Shown: positions 9,342-18,790 of the stretch, piece by piece | Numbering within the stretch: position 1 is the first letter of the stretch | Layout of the letters: each line of letters starts with the position of its first letter | NCBI GenBank assembly: GCA_037142195.1 | Contig: JBAXBA010000027.1 | Coordinates: forward strand, 1 to 44,315 | Origin: Pseudomonadota bacterium | GTDB lineage: Bacteria; Bdellovibrionota_B; Oligoflexia; Oligoflexales; CAIMVM01 | Reading direction: 5' to 3' | DNA length: 44,315 nt | The notes under the pieces: model-generated | What the model was told of the DNA's origin: nothing | Database searches by the model: none | What the model saw: the letters and a program-made list of their open reading frames with translations, nothing else | Position numbers and translations under genes: made by a program

Positions 9342-10493
9342 CTAAAGAAACTTCTTTAAAGTCTCGACTTTGTCTAGTCGCTCCCAAGGGAAATCTGCAC
9401 GCCCAAAATGCCCATAGGCTGCCGTCTTGCGGTAGATGGGGCGAAGCAAATCTAGGGTTTCGACAATCTGTCTTGGCTTAAGTCCAAAATTTGTTCTAAT
9501 GATTTTTGCTAATTCATCTTGTGATTTTGTGGAAGTCCCATAGGTTTCTACATAAACACTCACCGGATCCGCAACACCAATCGCATAGGAAAGCTGAACC
9601 AATGCCTTTTTAGCCAGTCCGGCCGCCACGATGTTTTTAGCGATATAGCGCCCCATATAAGCCGCAGAACGATCGACTTTGGAAGGGTCTTTTCCAGAAA
9701 AAGCACCGCCGCCGTGAGCGCCATGACCACCATAGGTATCTACAATAATTTTACGGCCGGTGAGCCCACAATCGCCCATCGGTCCTCCGACCACAAAACG
9801 TCCTGTGGGATTGATATGGTAGGTCGTATCTTTAAGAAGTTCCGCTGGAATCACCTTCTTAACGCATTGATTTACAATAAACTCTCTTATTTGCTCGAGT
9901 TCTACATGGGGGGCATGTTGAGTAGAAATAACAACTGTATCGATGCGAGTAATTTTTCCATCTACATATTCTGCAGTAACTTGACTTTTAGCATCAGGCC
10001 TAAGCCAGTCGACTTTTTTAGACTTTCTAATATCAGCAAGCTCTTTGAGGAGTGCATGAGAATACTGAATTGTTGCTGGCATGAGTTCCTTGGTTTCATC
10101 ACAAGCAAATCCAAACATCATTCCTTGGTCACCAGCACCCTGCTCTTTTGTAGAGTCAGAATCGACCCCCATAGCAATATCTGGTGACTGCTTACCCACA
10201 GAGATCATGACACCGCAACTTTTAGCGTCAAATCCAATATCACCGTCTGTATAACCAATTTCTTCAATCGTATTTCTAGCAATTTGAGCATAGTCCACAC
10301 TGCCTTTTGAAGTGATTTCTCCAGCAATAACAACCAAACCGGTAGTCACTAGGGTTTCACAGGCCACTCGCGAATACTTATCCTGAGTTAAAAAGGCATC
10401 TAAAATTGCATCTGAAATCTGATCAGCTACTTTGTCGGGATGACCTTCACTAACGGATTCAGACGTAAAAAGAAATTTGTTTTGATTTGCCAT
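9342..10493 (-). CDS. metK: S-adenosylmethionine synthetase
   Basis: [33 protein letters not shown]. Confidence 0.99.
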   Translation of the reverse strand: MANQNKFLFTSESVSEGHPDKVADQISDAILDAFLTQDKYSRVACETLVTTGLVVIAGEITSKGSVDYAQIARNTIEEIGYTDGDIGFDAKSCGVMISVGKQSPDIAMGVDSDSTKEQGAGDQGMMFGFACDETKELMPATIQYSHALLKELADIRKSKKVDWLRPDAKSQVTAEYVDGKITRIDTVVISTQHAPHVELEQIREFIVNQCVKKVIPAELLKDTTYHINPTGRFVVGGPMGDCGLTGRKIIVDTYGGHGAHGGGAFSGKDPSKVDRSAAYMGRYIAKNIVAAGLAKKALVQLSYAIGVADPVSVYVETYGTSTKSQDELAKIIRTNFGLKPRQIVETLDLLRPIYRKTAAYGHFGRADFPWERLDKVETLKKFL

Positions 10494-10495
10494 TT

Positions 10496-11437
10496 CTATA
10501 ATCCCCGCTTGAGTTTTATCATAAATCTATTTATGCCCATTTCGTCCAGCTCATGCTGCTCAATGACCATTCCAATACCGAAAAGCTTTTGGCTTGGACC
10601 AGCAAGTAAAATATCTTTATCAGTAAGAGCCTTATCGTAGCCTATCTTATTTAGCTCAGGCGGAAACGCAACTATTTGTTTTTGCCCTTGAAGAATTTTT
10701 TCCTCGACTGCTTGGGATACATGCAAAATAGAAAGACCAGTCTCAAGAACTTCCATTGGCAAGAGCTTTGACAAAACGTCTTCTTTTGAGTTCACTTCAT
10801 TCAAATTGAGGCATTTCTCTGCACTTACGCCTGCGGCTTCTGTTCTTTTAAGAAAGGTTACATTGCCATAATTTCCCAGTTTCGAGCACAGATCATAGGC
10901 AAAAACGCGAACATAGGCGCCTTTGCTACATTCTATTCTACAAGTGATATAGTGGTCGCCAAAATCTATTAGCTCGGCCGCATAAATCTCGATGCGCCTA
11001 GAAAGCTCAGAAAGGGGGACCTCATCCCCTCGCCCCGCTCTCGCATACTCATAGAGGGGTTTACCCTGCCACTTTACTGCGGAATAGAGTGGAGGCACTT
11101 GACAATAGGCCCCCGTTAGCTCTTTAAGAGCCTCCAAAATCTGGGTTTTGCTGAAGCCCGCTACTGGCTTTTCGAACAAGACCGCACCATCTGCATCCAA
11201 AGAATCAGTATGTTTTCCTAGCTCTACACGAAACTCGTAAGTTTTCTTTGAATCCAGAAGATAGTCTTGAAGTCGAGTTGCTTTTCCTAAAACAATAGCC
11301 AACACCCCTTCAGCCAAGGGGTCGAGTGTACCCACATGACCTATGGGGTGATTTTTACCAATAACCTTTTGAAGGATCCTGGAGACATCTTTGGATATGA
11401 CCCCCTTTGGCTTATATATGGGGAGAAGTCCGTCCAT
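10496..11437 (-). CDS. truB: tRNA pseudouridine(55) synthase
   Basis: [46 protein letters not shown]. Confidence 0.96.
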   Translation of the reverse strand: MDGLLPIYKPKGVISKDVSRILQKVIGKNHPIGHVGTLDPLAEGVLAIVLGKATRLQDYLLDSKKTYEFRVELGKHTDSLDADGAVLFEKPVAGFSKTQILEALKELTGAYCQVPPLYSAVKWQGKPLYEYARAGRGDEVPLSELSRRIEIYAAELIDFGDHYITCRIECSKGAYVRVFAYDLCSKLGNYGNVTFLKRTEAAGVSAEKCLNLNEVNSKEDVLSKLLPMEVLETGLSILHVSQAVEEKILQGQKQIVAFPPELNKIGYDKALTDKDILLAGPSQKLFGIGMVIEQHELDEMGINRFMIKLKRGL

Positions 11438-11518
11438 GTATGCTCAACTCATAATTGTAGTTATAATGCCTATAACAGGCATTCAAAGATGCGAGAAAGA
11501 CCAGCGCAACCTATCGAG

Positions 11519-11869
11519 TCAACTAGGACTTTCTTTTTTAATATGACTTAAGATCTTCTCAATCTTTTCACCTTTTTCTATGGTTTCATCATAGAAAAAC
11601 TTGAGTTCTGGTACCCGTCTAACCTCTAAATTATCTGCCAATTTAGTCCTAAGAAACCCAGCACAAGACTGGAATCCTTTAAGGGCATCTGGAGTTTTAC
11701 TTGGATCAAACAACCTAAAATAGACATAGGCTAACTGGAGATCAGGAGTCAGCTTTACCGCGGTAATCGTCACCCCAGTCAATCTTGGATCTTGAATCGA
11801 GTCTCCTTGGAATGTAATTGCAAGCAGATCCCGAATCTCGTCCGTCATTCGTTCTTTTCTAAGACTCAC
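11519..11869 (-). CDS. rbfA: Ribosome-binding factor A
   Basis: DPRL..VTIT.V....DL..A.VY, GFLR, RRVPELKFFYD; follows infB. Confidence 0.95.
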   Translation of the reverse strand: MSLRKERMTDEIRDLLAITFQGDSIQDPRLTGVTITAVKLTPDLQLAYVYFRLFDPSKTPDALKGFQSCAGFLRTKLADNLEVRRVPELKFFYDETIEKGEKIEKILSHIKKESPS

Positions 11870-11877
11870 TCAAATCC

Positions 11878-14800
11878 TCATAATTCTGCTGCTGTTTCTT
11901 CAATTTGGAATGCCTCAATGACATCTCCTATTCGAAGATCGTTGAAGCTCTCAATGCCAATCCCGCATTCGTAGCCAGTTGCCACTTCTTTGACATCATC
12001 TTTAAAGCGACGTAGTGAGCCAATTCTGCCCGCATGAATCACAACGTTATCTCGAATAATTCTAAGATTAGCAGATCGCACAATCTTGCCGCTCGTTACA
12101 AATGAGCCAGCAATCATACCTATTTTAGGCACAGAAATAGGATTTCTAACCTCGGCATGTCCAGTCACTACTTCTTTTCGAACTGGTGGAAGTTGACCTG
12201 CCATGATGGACTTGGTTGCATCTAATAGTTCATAAATAATGGAAAAATACTTAATGATAACGCCGCGCTTTTCAGCTGCATCTTGTAAATCTCTTGGCGC
12301 ACGGGCATTAAATCCAAATATTACAGCCCCAGATGTTTCGGCAAGCGATACGTCGGAAGCATTAATTCCACCTACAGCTCTATGGACAATTTTTGCTTTG
12401 ATTTTATCACTCTTAATTTTGGTCATGGATTCTGCAATAGCTTCCGCAGATCCTTGCGTATCGGCTTTGATTATAAATGGAACCTCCGGAGCTTCTTGAT
12501 TAGCTACTTTGGCAAGTAGATCTTCAAGGGTTGCGCCATTGGACTTTGCTTGAGCTTCATTTCTTAAAACATCTTGCCTATGGGAAATTACATCTCGTCC
12601 AGATTTTTCGTCATCCACAAAATCGACCTGATCTCCTGCCATGGGAACTGATTCTAGACCAATAATTTCAACTGGCGTTGACGGCCCCGCGGAATCAAGT
12701 TGTTTTCCGTGCCAATCAATCATAGCTCTAATTCTTCCAAAAGCAGTTCCGGCGATCATTTGATCTCCTTTTTTAAGAACCCCTTCGGTCACCATAACGG
12801 TTGCCACCGGACCACGGCCTTTATCAAGGTGTGCCTCTACAACAACCCCTCGTGCAGCTACCTTTACTGATGATTTAAGATCAAGAACTTCGGCCTGAAG
12901 CAAAATAGCATCCATCAACTCTTCTAAGCCTAGGCGCTTGAGGGCTGAAACCTTAACAAATTGGTTTTCACCACCCCACTCTTCAGACTGAATTCCATAT
13001 TCTGCTAGCTCATTAAATATCCGATCGAAATTGATTCCTTGTTTGTCAATTTTATTGACGGCAACAACTACTGGGACATTGGCAGCTTTTGCGTGCGAAA
13101 TCGCCTCAATCGTTTGCGGCATCACGCCGTCATCGGCAGCTACCACTAAAACAATAATATCGGTTACTTTTGCGCCCCTGGATCTCATCGCCGAAAAGGC
13201 TTCGTGACCAGGTGTGTCTAAAAATGCAATACGCTTACCTTGATAATCTACCGTATAAGCACCGATATGCTGTGTAATTCCTCCAGCCTCACCAGCTGCT
13301 ACATTCGCTGACCGCAGGGCATCAAGAATCGATGTTTTGCCGTGATCTACGTGGCCCATAATGGTTACAATTGGCGGCCGCGTTTCCATCTCGGATGGAT
13401 CTGAAGCTTTGCGACCCAAGAGGTCGTCAGCGCTGACTGCGACATTTCTCACTTCAAAACCGTACTCACTTGCAATCAACGTCGCTGTATCAGCATCTAA
13501 GGGTTGATTGATTGTGGCCATTACGCCCTGGCCCATTAACTTTTTAATAATATCTGCTGCTTTGATGCTTAACTGATGTGCCAAATCACCCACAGTAATC
13601 GTCGAAGATGCCATTTTTACCACTCTGTATGCGGCTCTTGGCATAGTAATCTGTGTATTCTTTAGATCTTTACGTCTACGTACTTCCCGACGACGCATAG
13701 CAGGTGCTGGGGTAAACGTGCGACGTTGAGCTGCTTCAGTTTCCGCCAAAGGAGCATCGGATAATCCCTCTTCATCATCTTCACCAACTACCTGAGCCAG
13801 TAGATCTCTCATAGAAAGATGGGAGCGGCGTTCTTTCTTGGCAGATGCCTGTGCTTTCTTTTCTTCTTCCTCTGTCAATGGCTTTTTCTTGACTTCAACA
13901 CGCTTACGCGTGCCCCATTGAACAGCTTCATCACCAAGTGGCGAAATAAAGGAATCCGTCCCTCCACCTACTGGGCGCCTAAAGCCCCCCGGGGAATCTC
14001 CGCCCGGACGTGGGCCACCAAAACCCCCACCTTGTGGGCGAGGCGGTCGATCGCCATAAGGCCTATCACCTTGTGGGCGAGGCGAACCATATGCTGGACG
14101 ATCTCCATAAGGCCTATCGCCCTGAGGACGAGGCGAACCATATGCTGGACGATCTCCATAAGGCCTATCGCCCTGAGGACGAGGCGAACCATAAGCTGGA
14201 CGGTCTCCTTGCGGACGAGGAGGGCGATCACCATAAGCAGGACGATCTCCTTGCGGACGAGGAGGACGGTCACCATAAGCGGGACGGTCTCCTTGCGGAC
14301 GAGGAGGGCGATCACCATAAGCGGGACGATCTCCTTGCGGACGAGGAGGACGGTCACCATAAGCGGGACGGTCACCATAAGCGGGACGGTCTCCTTGCGG
14401 ACGAGGAGGACGATCACCATAAGCGGGACGATCACCATAGGCAGGACGATCTCCTTGCGGTCGAGGAGGACGGTCACCATAAGCGGGACGGTCACCTTGA
14501 GGGCGCGCAGGGCGATCCCCGTAAGCAGGGCGATCCCCGTAAGCAGGGCGATCCCCGTAAGCAGGGCGATCCCCGTATGAAGGACGATCACTGCCTAGGC
14601 GCGCTGACCGCTCCATAGATGGTCTTGCTGACTTTTCCACTTGAACATCTCTAGGTGCCGATCGAACTACAGTTGCTCCCTGAAACTCAGGCTTCTTCTC
14701 TTTTTCAACGGGTGCCGGCGCTTTCTCCACAGGAGCAGTTGTGCTAACGGCAATGGGCTCTATATTTTTAACTTCAGCCTGCTTGGGCTCTTCCCTAGAT

Positions 14801-15156
14801 GGACTGGGCTCGAGATGCTGTATATTTTTTTCGGACGGTGCCTCTTTTTGTACGTGATTGCTACTGTCGACTTCTTCGGAATGTGCCGAAACCGTAGCAG
14901 CTTCCATGGGAGATGTTCCCGACTCATCTTCACCCTTGCGACGTCGCACAACGACTTTTGGACGTGGGTCGCTAGTGACAGCTGCTTGAGACTTCTTGCT
15001 CGGCGAGAAGTGAGCCTTAATTTTAGCAATTTGCGCATCGGTCAATGTGCTTTGATGACTCGCGACATCGATACCTAAGTCCTTTACTTTTTGAACTAGG
15101 GACTTACTATCAACATTGAGATCTCGAGCCAATTCATAAACACGAAGTTTCGACAT
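11878..15156 (-). CDS. infB: Translation initiation factor IF-2 (long repetitive N-terminus)
   Basis: [51 protein letters not shown]. Confidence 0.99.
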   Translation of the reverse strand: MSKLRVYELARDLNVDSKSLVQKVKDLGIDVASHQSTLTDAQIAKIKAHFSPSKKSQAAVTSDPRPKVVVRRRKGEDESGTSPMEAATVSAHSEEVDSSNHVQKEAPSEKNIQHLEPSPSREEPKQAEVKNIEPIAVSTTAPVEKAPAPVEKEKKPEFQGATVVRSAPRDVQVEKSARPSMERSARLGSDRPSYGDRPAYGDRPAYGDRPAYGDRPARPQGDRPAYGDRPPRPQGDRPAYGDRPAYGDRPPRPQGDRPAYGDRPAYGDRPPRPQGDRPAYGDRPPRPQGDRPAYGDRPPRPQGDRPAYGDRPPRPQGDRPAYGSPRPQGDRPYGDRPAYGSPRPQGDRPYGDRPAYGSPRPQGDRPYGDRPPRPQGGGFGGPRPGGDSPGGFRRPVGGGTDSFISPLGDEAVQWGTRKRVEVKKKPLTEEEEKKAQASAKKERRSHLSMRDLLAQVVGEDDEEGLSDAPLAETEAAQRRTFTPAPAMRRREVRRRKDLKNTQITMPRAAYRVVKMASSTITVGDLAHQLSIKAADIIKKLMGQGVMATINQPLDADTATLIASEYGFEVRNVAVSADDLLGRKASDPSEMETRPPIVTIMGHVDHGKTSILDALRSANVAAGEAGGITQHIGAYTVDYQGKRIAFLDTPGHEAFSAMRSRGAKVTDIIVLVVAADDGVMPQTIEAISHAKAANVPVVVAVNKIDKQGINFDRIFNELAEYGIQSEEWGGENQFVKVSALKRLGLEELMDAILLQAEVLDLKSSVKVAARGVVVEAHLDKGRGPVATVMVTEGVLKKGDQMIAGTAFGRIRAMIDWHGKQLDSAGPSTPVEIIGLESVPMAGDQVDFVDDEKSGRDVISHRQDVLRNEAQAKSNGATLEDLLAKVANQEAPEVPFIIKADTQGSAEAIAESMTKIKSDKIKAKIVHRAVGGINASDVSLAETSGAVIFGFNARAPRDLQDAAEKRGVIIKYFSIIYELLDATKSIMAGQLPPVRKEVVTGHAEVRNPISVPKIGMIAGSFVTSGKIVRSANLRIIRDNVVIHAGRIGSLRRFKDDVKEVATGYECGIGIESFNDLRIGDVIEAFQIEETAAEL
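14020..14590 (-). repeat. Low-complexity tandem [14 protein letters not shown] repeat array in IF2 N-terminal region
   Basis: Alternating 18-nt and 24-nt units (e.g. cgatcaccataagcggga, ggtctccttgcggacgaggag) over about 570 bp. Confidence 0.95.
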
Positions 15157-15344
15157 CAGGTTCCTCTGTGTCCGAGCTGCTTTGGGCTGGACGAAAAAAG
15201 CATCGGGAGAATTTAGTTTCTCCGGCGTACCTATGTAAAAGAAAATGGGGAAAATAAAAAGACATTTTTCCCCTGCCGTCTAGGAAGTCTTCCACGGAGC
15301 CAGAAACCATACCGCTGATCCACCCTGTGAACATAGATGGCAGG

Positions 15345-15373
15345 ATTATACATCTGACCTCTTTAGTTGTGAG
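15345..15373 (-). promoter_or_regulatory. Candidate sigma70 promoter for infB
   Basis: CTCACA-17 nt-TATAAT on minus strand, just downstream of the nusA terminator. Confidence 0.6.
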
Positions 15374-15381
15374 ATTTCCCC

Positions 15382-15427
15382 AAAAAACCAAATAATTCAG
15401 GGGGTAGAAAAGCCCACCCCCTGAATT
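15382..15427 (-). terminator. Intrinsic terminator-like hairpin after nusA
   Basis: AATTCAGGGGGTGGG-CTTT-TCTACCCCCTGAATT followed by ATTTGGTTTTTT. Confidence 0.7.
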
Positions 15428-15459
15428 TCAATACTTGGCAATAAACAGGCGCCCTTGGC

Positions 15460-16989
15460 CTATTTTTGAGATTGAAGATAGCGATCAGCTGCCATTTGTA
15501 TGGTCTTTGCCACACCAATCGGCAGGTTCGTCTTGTCAGATACTTCCTCAGCGGTGTCGGCAACCACATCGCCAATGGCTCTATACCCACCTTCCGCCAA
15601 TGCTGCTGCAGCGGCTTCACCCACTCCATTTAGCTTCAAAAATAGAGTCACTCTTTCCTTAAGGTGATCGCGCTCTGCTGGTTTTTGATCATTCTCTGGC
15701 AAGGCAAATGCATCTTCTGAGCGATAATCCGCTCCATCTTCCAAAGCATCTTCAAATTCTTCAGCTTTAGCCTGGGCTGCGGTAATAATTTTTTCAGCTG
15801 TTTCTTCGTCAAGGTTAAGCAATCTTACAAGCTGCCTTGGTGAAAGTGCCGCTAAATCACTTGGCGATTTAATACCTTCGTTAACTAGGACGCCCGCCTG
15901 CATATCGCCTAGCCCTTCAATACTTGCCAATACCATTTTAACGCCCGCTAGCTGCTCTGCGAGTTTGGCTTCAGATTTAATATCAAGCTTCCATCCCGTT
16001 AGTTGAGCAGCAAGACGAACATTCTGTCCACGTCTTCCAATTGCTAAAGAAAGCTGATCGTCACTTACAACTACTTCCATCGAATGGTTTTCTTCATCTA
16101 CAATCACTTTACTAACGACTGCAGGAGCAAGAGCATTGCATACCAGTCTTGCTACGTCCGGATCCCATGGTACAATATCAATCTTTTCACCATTTAATTC
16201 TTGAACCACCGCCTGAACACGCGATCCTTTCATCCCGACACAAGCTCCTACCGGATCCACGCTTCCATCTCTTGAGTAAACCGCAATTTTTGACCTAAGA
16301 CCTGGATCACGAGCTGCAGATTTAATGGAAACAATTCCATCATAAATTTCCGTTACGTGCTGTTCAAAAAGCTTAACCAAATACATGCTGTGAGCTCGCG
16401 ACATGACAATTTGAGGCCCTCGCGAGGACTTCTTCACATCAACAACATAACCTTGGATACGATCTTTAGCTCTAAAACGCTCTCCCTGCATTTGCTCTTT
16501 ATAAGGAATTACAGCTTCAACTTTACCTAAATCCACAACAATTCCAGATCGATCTGAGCTCTTTACATAGCCGCTCATGATTTCGCCTACTCGATCTTTA
16601 AACTCATCAAAGACCTTCATACGCTCTGCTTCGCGCATCTTTTGAACGATAATTTGCTTGGCTGATTGCGCAGCAATCCTCCCAAACTTCGCAGCATCAA
16701 TGGATTCGCCTATGGAATCGCCCAAATCAACGCTAGCATCCATTTTTCGCGCATCTTCAAGTGCAATTTCAATTGCAGCATCCGCTACGTCACCATCTTC
16801 CACAACAGTGCGGAATAAAATCAAATTGATTTCTTCTTTTTCCTCATCAAACTCAGCTTCCAAATCCGCGTTGGCTCCGTAGTCGCGACGAGCAGCATGC
16901 ATAATCGCTTGCTTCAAAGCATCCACTACAATCGTAGAATCTAAATTCTTTTCTTTACTAACCGCATCGATCACACCGCTTAAATTCAC
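15460..16989 (-). CDS. nusA: Transcription termination/antitermination factor NusA
   Basis: FGRIAAQSAKQ, ARDPGLRSKIAV, DPVGACVGMKGSRVQ, LSLAIGRRGQNVRLA; two C-terminal HhH-like repeats; GTG 16989 has SD AAGGAG. Confidence 0.98.
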   Translation of the reverse strand: MNLSGVIDAVSKEKNLDSTIVVDALKQAIMHAARRDYGANADLEAEFDEEKEEINLILFRTVVEDGDVADAAIEIALEDARKMDASVDLGDSIGESIDAAKFGRIAAQSAKQIIVQKMREAERMKVFDEFKDRVGEIMSGYVKSSDRSGIVVDLGKVEAVIPYKEQMQGERFRAKDRIQGYVVDVKKSSRGPQIVMSRAHSMYLVKLFEQHVTEIYDGIVSIKSAARDPGLRSKIAVYSRDGSVDPVGACVGMKGSRVQAVVQELNGEKIDIVPWDPDVARLVCNALAPAVVSKVIVDEENHSMEVVVSDDQLSLAIGRRGQNVRLAAQLTGWKLDIKSEAKLAEQLAGVKMVLASIEGLGDMQAGVLVNEGIKSPSDLAALSPRQLVRLLNLDEETAEKIITAAQAKAEEFEDALEDGADYRSEDAFALPENDQKPAERDHLKERVTLFLKLNGVGEAAAAALAEGGYRAIGDVVADTAEEVSDKTNLPIGVAKTIQMAADRYLQSQK

Positions 16990-17120
16990 AATCGGTCTCC
17001 TTAGCAACTGAACGTTTATAAATTTTATTCAACAGAGTGCCTAATGGCACCAAACTCAATACGCCTATCGTGAAAAACCTGTCCCCTAGCTAAATACTAA
17101 CTGAAAGTCTCGCCCCACAC

Positions 17121-17603
17121 TCACACGTCCTCCCTAGTCCAATCATAAACTAAACGAGCACTGTGGACCGAATCTACTGAAAACGGCCAAAAACCGCTTA
17201 AAGTTTTAACAGCAAAACCTCCATCTCCAAGCAGCAGCAGTTCTCCAGTCTCTTGTCGCTTCCCGTCAATTATTTTGGAGACCCTAACTTTTAGTGTCTT
17301 GCCAACATGGGCTAAGAAATCATCCTTAAGTCTAACCGGCCGCTCAATACCTGGAGAACTCACTTCTAAATTGTAATCGCCAGAGACCAAAGAGTCTAAC
17401 TCAATAATATCACTAACTAACTTGCTAACTGCTGCGCAGTCATCCATGTTCACGCCCTGGAGAGGATCTAAAGAGTCTATATAAACCCTAAGGGCACGAT
17501 CCATCTGAACCCATTCCGTTTCAATAACTCGATAGGGCAAATGGGCATGACCCAACATATTTTGGATGAGTTCAAGCGCTTCATTGAGTCGTGTTCTATG
17601 CAC
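17121..17603 (-). CDS. rimP: Ribosome maturation factor RimP
   Basis: LRVYID..GVNMDDC..VS, YNLEVSSPGIERP; upstream of nusA. Confidence 0.95.
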   Translation of the reverse strand: MHRTRLNEALELIQNMLGHAHLPYRVIETEWVQMDRALRVYIDSLDPLQGVNMDDCAAVSKLVSDIIELDSLVSGDYNLEVSSPGIERPVRLKDDFLAHVGKTLKVRVSKIIDGKRQETGELLLLGDGGFAVKTLSGFWPFSVDSVHSARLVYDWTREDV

Positions 17604-17655
17604 AATTACCTGCGATTTCTGGCGGTTAACAATCTCAATAGAGGCTCATCACAAC

Positions 17656-17712
17656 AAAAAACCCGAGGTCGACCGTTTCCAGTCGGACATCAGGCTAAGT
17701 ATGAGAGAGCCT
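17656..17712 (-). promoter_or_regulatory. rimP leader attenuator (terminator hairpin with GAAA loop)
   Basis: CCTGA..CGACTG-GAAA-CGGTCG..TCGGG-TTTTTT in the 5' UTR of rimP. Confidence 0.7.
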
Positions 17713-17748
17713 AAATTGTCAGCTCAGAAAAACTTTCTAAGCTGCTTT

Positions 17749-17777
17749 ATGGTAACAAACAAAAGCGCTTAAAACAA
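17749..17777 (-). promoter_or_regulatory. Candidate sigma70 promoter of rimP-nusA
   Basis: TTGTTT-17 nt-TACCAT with TGn extended -10. Confidence 0.5.
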
Positions 17778-17868
17778 GATTAAAATATAGCCAGCTACTA
17801 AAAATCGCGCCCTTTTGATGTAAAATAGAACAAGACATAAATCTGTCCCTAGCGAGAGGGGTTCCTTC

Positions 17869-18678
17869 ATGGGCTTTCTGGATCATGTTAAAAAATTTCT
17901 ATCTCTAGATGGTACTGCGAAGGCAGGCCCCACAAATGACTCCTCTTCAGCCTACCATCTAAGCTCAGAGCTGAGGCTTCATGCAAGATACTTTGTATTG
18001 ACCTCAGATTTGGCCAGCCTTGAAATCGCTGCAACGGTTGCTAAAGGCCACATCAAAGATCTCAGCTATGGCGGGATTTTGGCTGATTTTAAAGAGTCCT
18101 GGCTGCAAAACCCTCTAATAGCAGACCAGAAGTCAATTGAGGCAAAGTTAACATTTTTAGACCAAAGCGCCCAAGTTTTTGTCCAAGTCGTTCATGAAAA
18201 AAACGGCGGGCAGACCGTAGGTCTTTCTTTTATTCATAAAAACATTGAGACGCTAGTCTTCCTTCGCGATATTCTAGAAAATTTAAGAATAGGATCAACC
18301 TTCTCGTCTCTAGATCCCGCCCACACCAAAGACAAGTATAATGTCTCTGGACAAAGTATTTATAGAGGCGATGGTCCTAGTGATTTACAAATTACGGAAA
18401 TAGATGGATACATTCAAAATATATTACTTACCTTTCGGAGTGGATCATCCTATTTCGAGTTAAAAATGGTCAATGACGTCCTCACTACAGCACGCTCTAA
18501 AAATGAGGATCAAAAAGTCGCCTCTCAAATGGAACCTAGTCCAGATGGTGTCGACATCACTATTTTGAGAAATGCGACACAACTTATCTTAGGATTTCTC
18601 TCAACTCATCCTAAATCCAAAATGCTTCAACTTTTGCCTAAACTTTACAAGGAACTTTATCGCAGAGAAAGCAAATAA
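17869..18678 (+). CDS. PilZ-domain protein (putative c-di-GMP receptor) with unknown C-terminal domain
   Basis: RLHAR (RxxxR) and KDLSYGG (DxSxGG) motifs, followed by VGLSF. Confidence 0.75.
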   Translation: MGFLDHVKKFLSLDGTAKAGPTNDSSSAYHLSSELRLHARYFVLTSDLASLEIAATVAKGHIKDLSYGGILADFKESWLQNPLIADQKSIEAKLTFLDQSAQVFVQVVHEKNGGQTVGLSFIHKNIETLVFLRDILENLRIGSTFSSLDPAHTKDKYNVSGQSIYRGDGPSDLQITEIDGYIQNILLTFRSGSSYFELKMVNDVLTTARSKNEDQKVASQMEPSPDGVDITILRNATQLILGFLSTHPKSKMLQLLPKLYKELYRRESK

Positions 18679-18790
18679 GTAGCATTACCGTTAAAACCTT
18701 AACCAGCTAGTTCATCAGGCATAAATAAGGGAATAGCTACTTTTCCATCGATTAACAAATAACAAAATGAGATTTCGCCGGAAACATAAA

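Noticed and set aside
13819..14618. Long repetitive ORFs 13819..14580 (+), 13968..14591 (-), 14010..14618 (+), and CRISPR-like look of the repeats
   Set aside because: By-products of the in-frame IF2 repeat array; no unique spacers and no cas genes.
15134..15391. 85-aa ORF between nusA and infB as a YlxR/DUF448 candidate
   Set aside because: Lacks the R.C..C and GRGAY motifs, has a weak start, and overlaps promoter and hairpin elements.
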